From positions 1 to 21,415 of the IMG/VR virus record IMGVR_UViG_2737471822_000004: 21,415 nt of DNA; one strand, given 5' to 3'. Positions 15,962 to 21,415 of this stretch are shown in pieces. Origin of the DNA: a virus. Taxonomy: Duplodnaviria; Heunggongvirae; Uroviricota; Caudoviricetes. A model generated the notes under the pieces. The model was not told where the DNA came from. It did not search any database and saw only the letters and a program-made list of their open reading frames with translations. Each line of letters opens with the position of its first letter. Within the stretch, counting starts at the first letter, position 1. Both the position numbers and the translations under genes were made by a program.

Positions 15962-16288
15962 CTACATAATCATTCCGGTTATTATTACCATTTCAATATC
16001 ACTATCTTTCATAATGATTGGAGTTGAGTTATCAACTTTACTTTTACTCCATTTTCCTGCATCAGTTTTTAACGCTCCACAATAAGAAAGCCAATCATCA
16101 TCACAATGTTCTGGAACACTAATTCTGACAAGAACACGTGATAGTGCTTTTTCGATACTTTCATCACAATTAGCATTTGTGTAATTGCCGTGAGACAATT
16201 TCAAATCGTTAACTTCATCTTCATTGGCATCAAAAATATAGATTTCAGTCGACTCTGGAACATTTTCATAAACCATTAAAACTTTCAT
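15962..16288 (-). CDS. Hypothetical protein (108 aa from the ATG at 16288; the ORF is open to 16387)
   Basis: GGGG 5 nt upstream of the internal ATG (MKVLMVYEN...). Own terminator downstream. AT-rich. Confidence 0.45.
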   Translation of the reverse strand: MKVLMVYENVPESTEIYIFDANEDEVNDLKLSHGNYTNANCDESIEKALSRVLVRISVPEHCDDDWLSYCGALKTDAGKWSKSKVDNSTPIIMKDSDIEMVIITGMIM

Positions 16289-16392
16289 TTTTACCCCATA
16301 TTGTTTATGCCAAAAATAAAGGCCACCATCAGGCAGCCTTTTTGTAAATGTTGCAGGTATCAAGTAAGTAATTAGATGGAGCGCCATAAATT

Positions 16393-18099
16393 ATGAATTC
16401 ATCGTTTGTCGGGTCCATCTCCATCTCTTGGCCTATTGCCATTCTTGCGTCAGTGTCATCAGAGGCGAAGCATAAAACAGCCCCCGTCACCATCCCAGGA
16501 GACATCATTATCGATGCTTCTACTGGAGAATTTACCTTCAATGGCATTGATTATATTTTCCATCCGCTTGGCGCAAAATCAGTAGAGATTATCGGCGGTA
16601 AGTTCACCGCAAATGCATACCACACCCAGCGTCCTCAGGTAATTTTCAATGATTACCCTGATGGGCTGGAGAATTTACCAACGCGCGTGGTGATAAAAGA
16701 TATGCAATGCTTTAACTGCGGTGTTGGCTACATCATGGTTAACTGCCAGGACCCAACAAGCATCCACGTTACGGTTGATAACAACTACTGTAAGACTGAT
16801 GACAACACTGACCAGTATATCTCTGATGCGGGTATGTCAGGTGGGCAGGGTGAGGTATACCCATATCTGATGATTCTTGGTAATACGACAGAATCCGTCG
16901 ATATTGGAACGCCTCGCAAGTCAATGTTCCATGTGACCAATAATACCTTTGATGTTTTTATGCAGAGTGGTCCTAATGCAGATTTGGGTAAAGTTGGTGG
17001 TACTACGATAGGCGGCAATGTTAACGGCAATCTTTTCTGCAACAGGAATACGGAATGTGCATGCGAATTTGACACTTTTACTGGTGGTCTTGAAGTATCT
17101 TTAACATCAAACCGTTTTGTTAACACTGCCATTAAAATGATGTCAATGCAATTTGATAGCAGCACTCGCGTCGGATTAGGTGGTAGATCTTCAATATCGA
17201 ATAACGTATTTCATTTTGAAGAAAATCCGTTAAATGACTTTGCAATATTCTTACGGACATCACTTGTTAGCATATCTAATAATGTTTTTTATTACAAAGG
17301 TGCGAGCATTCCATCAGATCAGAGGATATTTAACTTTATAGCATCACAGGCGCTCAACAATAGTAACAATGGTTTCAACGGAACATGGTGCGCAGGTATT
17401 AGTATCACCGGTAACACAATGCAAATGGTGTTAGACCCTGCCGTAAACACGTCTCTAAGATTGCAATGTATTAACCCGACTGATATGTCAGGAGCGGTTA
17501 TATCGGGTAATTTTATGGCGGGCGGAGTAGGAATGGTGCTTAACGCCAGACCAGAAAGAAACAGAAACGTATGGACAGGTAACTTCATTACGTCAGGGTT
17601 ATTTACGGCAGAAGATATCTGGCGAATGAACTCAGCTTTTGTAGGTTCAGGGAACTACATCGGCAATGGTTATGATAATACGGTTAATGGCATAGCAATG
17701 TTGAGCAAGACTATACCCGCGGTATCAGATGGTTCAAAGATAAGAATTACTCTTGACCAGCAGATATTAACCGGGGCTGCATCTGACCGCTCACTTTACC
17801 TTCTCCACATAAAAGTAACCGGTGGGGTAAAAAACAACTACGCTACATATATCATGTCTTCTGGTGCGCATGACGCAACAGCAAGAGCCGACGCAACTGA
17901 CCTTAAACCCCCTATTGACCAGCGTTTAAACCCAGGAGATACTTCCATTGCAAACCTGCAAAGTTGCTTTAAAGCCGGATACAATGGAAGTGGGTATATT
18001 GTGCTTGAGGCCCTTTCAACATTCAGCGCGGCAAATCAGCCACCAACAAAAATTGAATATGCAATAGTACCATTATCAACAAACTTCCCAACGCTGTAA
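16393..18099 (+). CDS. Parallel beta-helix protein, probable phage tailspike / receptor-binding depolymerase (568 aa)
   Basis: Repetitive Gly/Asn/Thr-rich sequence with recurring ISNNVF / ITGN / ISGNF motifs typical of right-handed beta-helix tailspikes. Adjacent to an O-antigen acyltransferase. No recognisable P22-type head-binding N-terminus. Confidence 0.55.
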   Translation: MNSSFVGSISISWPIAILASVSSEAKHKTAPVTIPGDIIIDASTGEFTFNGIDYIFHPLGAKSVEIIGGKFTANAYHTQRPQVIFNDYPDGLENLPTRVVIKDMQCFNCGVGYIMVNCQDPTSIHVTVDNNYCKTDDNTDQYISDAGMSGGQGEVYPYLMILGNTTESVDIGTPRKSMFHVTNNTFDVFMQSGPNADLGKVGGTTIGGNVNGNLFCNRNTECACEFDTFTGGLEVSLTSNRFVNTAIKMMSMQFDSSTRVGLGGRSSISNNVFHFEENPLNDFAIFLRTSLVSISNNVFYYKGASIPSDQRIFNFIASQALNNSNNGFNGTWCAGISITGNTMQMVLDPAVNTSLRLQCINPTDMSGAVISGNFMAGGVGMVLNARPERNRNVWTGNFITSGLFTAEDIWRMNSAFVGSGNYIGNGYDNTVNGIAMLSKTIPAVSDGSKIRITLDQQILTGAASDRSLYLLHIKVTGGVKNNYATYIMSSGAHDATARADATDLKPPIDQRLNPGDTSIANLQSCFKAGYNGSGYIVLEALSTFSAANQPPTKIEYAIVPLSTNFPTL

Positions 18100-18102
18100 A
18101 TT

Positions 18103-18138
18103 TGTGCGCACTATGAAAAAGTTAAATAGTGCGCACAA
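18103..18138. terminator. Bidirectional terminator between the converging tailspike-like and acyltransferase genes
   Basis: About 10-bp stem built on the self-complementary GTGCGCAC (18104-18111 and 18130-18137), followed on the plus strand by TTATTTATATTA. Confidence 0.55.
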
Positions 18139-18147
18139 TTATTTATA

Positions 18148-20103
18148 TTATATATCGATAATTATATTTCCAAACCCTTCAATTGCCTTTCTTGCTCCAT
18201 ATCTTGATAGATGATACTCATCAGAATACATAACGTCACCTTTGTCAGATACTAGGTTACATCTCCCATTCCTACACATGAAATCATAAGGGTTTATAAA
18301 CTTTATACTTCCGTTATCTGATAGCCATTTGTTTAAATAATTATTGCTATCTAACCTATCACCGCTTTCTGTACTGAAAATACTATCAATGCATTTCTTT
18401 TCAACATATGAAGGGCGACTCACACAAGAAAGACCACCGTCAGAGCCTATTGCTGCCGGGTGGCTTCCAATAACAATTACTTCCTGATTTGTGTACTCTT
18501 GAATATTTTTAATAACGGATGCATTGAATTTCATATAATCATTATTCCCGTTGAACTTATAAATGTTACCATCTTTATCAGATAACATTTCAATGTATCT
18601 AAGCCATGACTGAGCATAAACAAGTGGTATCTTATTATTTTTCGAGTAATCTATCGCTTTGGTTCCAATCTTCACGCCATATACAGAAATCTTGCCTTTT
18701 TCTGTAACGTAAACGCTATTTGATAGATACGCTCCATCAGCGAAGAATGCAACAGCTGATATATTTTTCTTTGCAAGAAACTCACTCATGGCTAATGAAT
18801 ATTGTCTTGCATAACTATCTCCCATGAAGACAAATGATGGTTTTTGTGTTTTATCTCCAAGAACTACCATTTCACCTTGCTTAACCCCAAAGCCTCCGAA
18901 TAAATATTCTTTAAATCCAGGCTTGAGCATTTCCATGTTTTCTTTATAATTTTGTATTCTAAATGCAAATCCGTTGTCTTTTATTGAAGATGAATACGAA
19001 ATCATAACCAATATAGTTAATGATAAAAACAATACTGATTTGTAGCAAAACTCATTTATTTTTATCTTTCTGAATTTATTTTCTATTGCGTTGTACATTA
19101 AGAATCCAACAGCCAGCGAAGATAAAATCAATGATGCTTTCTCGATATCATTTAACTCTCTATATATCCAGTATTTGTAAAACACAATAATAGGCCAGTG
19201 AATTAGATAAACTGAATACGATATCAGGCCTATCGTAACGCTGACCCTGTTATTCACAGCGAAGCCAGCGTATTTTGCATCATGTGAAAGAATGCAAAGC
19301 ATGGCACCCAATACGGGAATCATGGCATGCAAACCAGGGAACTGAGTTGATGATGAGTAAAGCAACGCAGATGATACTATCATCGCAAGTCCCGCAGCCA
19401 TCATAGACTCCTTCATTAGTTCAGATGGTTTTATCCATCGAGAAATGAAGAATGCGAGTCCGCCGAAAGACAACTCAAAAACCCTGAACGGCATCCAGTA
19501 GTATGCTTCAGTTTGCATGTTTATAGTTGCCCACTGAGAGGATGCCAGAGAAGCAATACTAATAATAACCAGAACCCATGGCACAAGGCTCTTTTTTACT
19601 AAATATGCTACTCCGATAATCAGAGGCCATACAAGATAGAACTGCTGTTCAACACCAAGGGACCATGTGTGCAACAATGGATTTATTTCTGATGATGTAT
19701 CGAAATAACCAACGCTTTGTGCAAAAAATATATTTGATGCTGAATACAACGCATATATTGCTGATTTAGATACACTAACAAAATCAGAAGGTGAGTACAG
19801 AATAAAGCACCCAGCAAAAACGGCGATCAGCGTTGCTATAAGAGCCGGGTACAGTCTTGCTATCCTGGCGAACATGAAATTAATGTAACTGAAAGTTCCC
19901 TTCTCAGTTTGATTAAAAATTATTCCAGTTATCAGATAACCAGAAATAACAAAAAATACATCAACGCCAACAAACCCTCCGGGAACACCACTGAACCCTA
20001 CATGGAATATAAGAACTAAAATGACGGCAACAGCACGGAGTCCATCAACTCCTGGCTGGTAATTTTTAGACAATGTTTTGTCAGTCTTCAAAAGAAAGCT
20101 CAT
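18148..20103 (-). CDS. Acyltransferase-3 family O-antigen acyltransferase with C-terminal SGNH domain (OafA/Oac-like, 651 aa)
   Basis: N-terminal GLRAVAVILVLIFH...GGFVGVDVFFVISGYLITG acyltransferase_3 signature, multiple TM segments, and C-terminal FVFMGDSYARQY (GDS motif). AT-rich. Confidence 0.85.
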   Translation of the reverse strand: MSFLLKTDKTLSKNYQPGVDGLRAVAVILVLIFHVGFSGVPGGFVGVDVFFVISGYLITGIIFNQTEKGTFSYINFMFARIARLYPALIATLIAVFAGCFILYSPSDFVSVSKSAIYALYSASNIFFAQSVGYFDTSSEINPLLHTWSLGVEQQFYLVWPLIIGVAYLVKKSLVPWVLVIISIASLASSQWATINMQTEAYYWMPFRVFELSFGGLAFFISRWIKPSELMKESMMAAGLAMIVSSALLYSSSTQFPGLHAMIPVLGAMLCILSHDAKYAGFAVNNRVSVTIGLISYSVYLIHWPIIVFYKYWIYRELNDIEKASLILSSLAVGFLMYNAIENKFRKIKINEFCYKSVLFLSLTILVMISYSSSIKDNGFAFRIQNYKENMEMLKPGFKEYLFGGFGVKQGEMVVLGDKTQKPSFVFMGDSYARQYSLAMSEFLAKKNISAVAFFADGAYLSNSVYVTEKGKISVYGVKIGTKAIDYSKNNKIPLVYAQSWLRYIEMLSDKDGNIYKFNGNNDYMKFNASVIKNIQEYTNQEVIVIGSHPAAIGSDGGLSCVSRPSYVEKKCIDSIFSTESGDRLDSNNYLNKWLSDNGSIKFINPYDFMCRNGRCNLVSDKGDVMYSDEYHLSRYGARKAIEGFGNIIIDI

Positions 20104-20257
20104 TATTCATCCGTATTCATTCTTTTTTGCTGTGCTGATATTAGCACTGACATCGCCACCGATCGACTTTTGAAGTGGTAACTAGGCGAAAACGGGATAC
20201 ACAAAGCTTTGCACTTGATTGCAAGGCGTTGTGCTCTTCGATAGTGGTTAAGGTGGA

Positions 20258-21415
20258 TCACTCTGGCTTTTCATCAAGCCAGTCCGCCCACCATTGCATC
20301 ATTTCTCTGCGCTTATCGAGATACTGAGCATGGTTGTAAATTCCACGTACAGATCCGCCGTTGGCATGTGCCAGTTGCACTTCAATGGCGTCGGCAGGCC
20401 ATTCGTGCTCGTTCATAATCGTGCTGAATTCATGCCTGAATCCGTGACCGCTTTCCAGACCCTCATAGCCGATTTGTTTGATCACAAGCAGTACCGCGTT
20501 CTCGCAGATTGGCTTCTTCTTATCGTTGCGCCCGGCAAAAACAAACTCTGATACTGGTTTGGTGATTGAGCTTAGCGTAGTGAGAAGTTCAACCACCTGG
20601 TCTGACATCGGGACCACATGAATTTTGCGTCCCTTCATCACACTGGCGTCGATGGTGATAATCCTGTTTTCAAAATCTACGTTCTTCCATTGCATGGAAC
20701 GAAGCTCTTTCGTTCTTAGGGCTGTGTAGCGTAAAACTTTGGTCGCAATGAGCGATACGATACTTCCTGAAAATGTTGCAAGTGCTTTGTTGAATGCCGT
20801 GATCTGGTCGGCAGGTAAAAACGGGAAGTTCTTCTTGCGGTATCCCTTCATGGCGTCAGCAAGGTCAGGTGCCGGGTTATATTTAGCCCTACCAGTAACA
20901 ATAGCGTAGCGGAAAACCTCGCCGCATCTTCTGCGGGCTTTGTTGGCTCGCTCCATTGCACCGCGATCTTCAAATCTGCGGATTACTTCCAGCAGTTGCA
21001 TCGGCTCAATATCCTGAATTTCAAGGCCGCCGATGATGGGTAAAATGTCGTCATCAAACATTTTGGCAAGTTCAGTTGCATAGCCTACTGACCAGACTTG
21101 CTTCTTGTGCTCGTACCATTCCTTGTAAATCGCACTAAAGGAATTGTTGTTAGACGAAGCCTTTTTCGCCTTTACCGGATCGATGCCAACCGAGATGTCT
21201 TTCCTCGCAGTCCATGCCTTATCCCTTGCCTCCTGCAAAGTCATTAGCGGATATTTTCCTACGGTCAGGATTTTCTCCTTACCGTCAATCTTGTAGCGAA
21301 GCTGCCATACCTTTTTCCCGGATACAGGGACATAAAGGTACAGGCCATTACCATCGAGAAGGCGGTATGGTTTTTCTTTCGGCTTTGCTGCTTCAATCTG
21401 CTTAACGGTGAGCAT
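20258..21415 (-). CDS. intS: IntS-like tyrosine integrase (385 aa); ATG sits exactly at the window edge
   Basis: MLTVKQIEAAKPKEKPYRLLDGNGLYLYVPVSGKKVWQLRYK... N-terminus and C-terminal HGFRHEF...GIYNHAQYLDKRREMMQWW catalytic region. Recalled as near-identical to E. coli K-12 IntS (CPS-53/KplE1). Upstream region and att are outside the window. Confidence 0.85.
   Translation of the reverse strand: MLTVKQIEAAKPKEKPYRLLDGNGLYLYVPVSGKKVWQLRYKIDGKEKILTVGKYPLMTLQEARDKAWTARKDISVGIDPVKAKKASSNNNSFSAIYKEWYEHKKQVWSVGYATELAKMFDDDILPIIGGLEIQDIEPMQLLEVIRRFEDRGAMERANKARRRCGEVFRYAIVTGRAKYNPAPDLADAMKGYRKKNFPFLPADQITAFNKALATFSGSIVSLIATKVLRYTALRTKELRSMQWKNVDFENRIITIDASVMKGRKIHVVPMSDQVVELLTTLSSITKPVSEFVFAGRNDKKKPICENAVLLVIKQIGYEGLESGHGFRHEFSTIMNEHEWPADAIEVQLAHANGGSVRGIYNHAQYLDKRREMMQWWADWLDEKPE

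Larger units (their letters stand above)
11058..21415. mobile_element. KplE1/CPS-53-like defective lambdoid prophage (TorI-like RDF to IntS-like integrase); continues beyond the right window edge
   Basis: IntS-like integrase at one end and TorI-like excisionase at the other, with an early-left recombination operon and a serotype-conversion/tailspike module between them. No head, tail-shaft, lysis, replication or immunity genes. Confidence 0.6.

Noticed and set aside
15962-16387. Upstream 33-codon extension of the 141-aa ORF
   Set aside because: The extension has no RBS and contains the 16318-16341 hairpin, whereas the internal ATG at 16288 has a GGGG SD. The shorter 108-aa form is preferred.
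16329-16547. Minus-strand 72-aa ORF overlapping the start of the tailspike-like gene
   Set aside because: Overlaps the 5' end of the much longer plus-strand ORF and the divergent promoter region. No RBS support.

Overview
This window is a mosaic of two adjacent mobile elements, almost entirely transcribed on the minus strand. Left part (1 to ~10.85 kb): a P4-like phage satellite with a P4-family integrase, an AlpA-family regulator, a translationally coupled operon of small ORFs ending in an alpha-type primase-helicase, a cluster of 9-bp iterons (ori/crr-like), and a sid-psu-delta late operon preceded by two TGT-N12-ACA dyads. Downstream of delta lies a terminator, a weak cos-like sequence, and a strongly AT-rich cargo of two tandem paralogous genes (N-terminal transmembrane helix plus coiled coil) that I cannot assign to any family. 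This is the best candidate for an undescribed accessory (possibly anti-phage) module. A second AT-rich orphan gene (235 aa) sits between the integrase and alpA. Right part (~11.06 kb to the window end): a defective lambdoid prophage resembling E. coli KplE1/CPS-53. It has an IntS-like integrase at the right edge, an OafA/Oac-type O-antigen acyltransferase, a beta-helix tailspike-like protein, then directly an early recombination operon (RecT, Gp157-like, DUF551, ASCH-like) and a TorI-like excisionase next to the satellite junction. No rRNA, intact tRNA or CRISPR array was found. All family assignments come from reading the translated ORFs and from recalled motifs; no database search was run.
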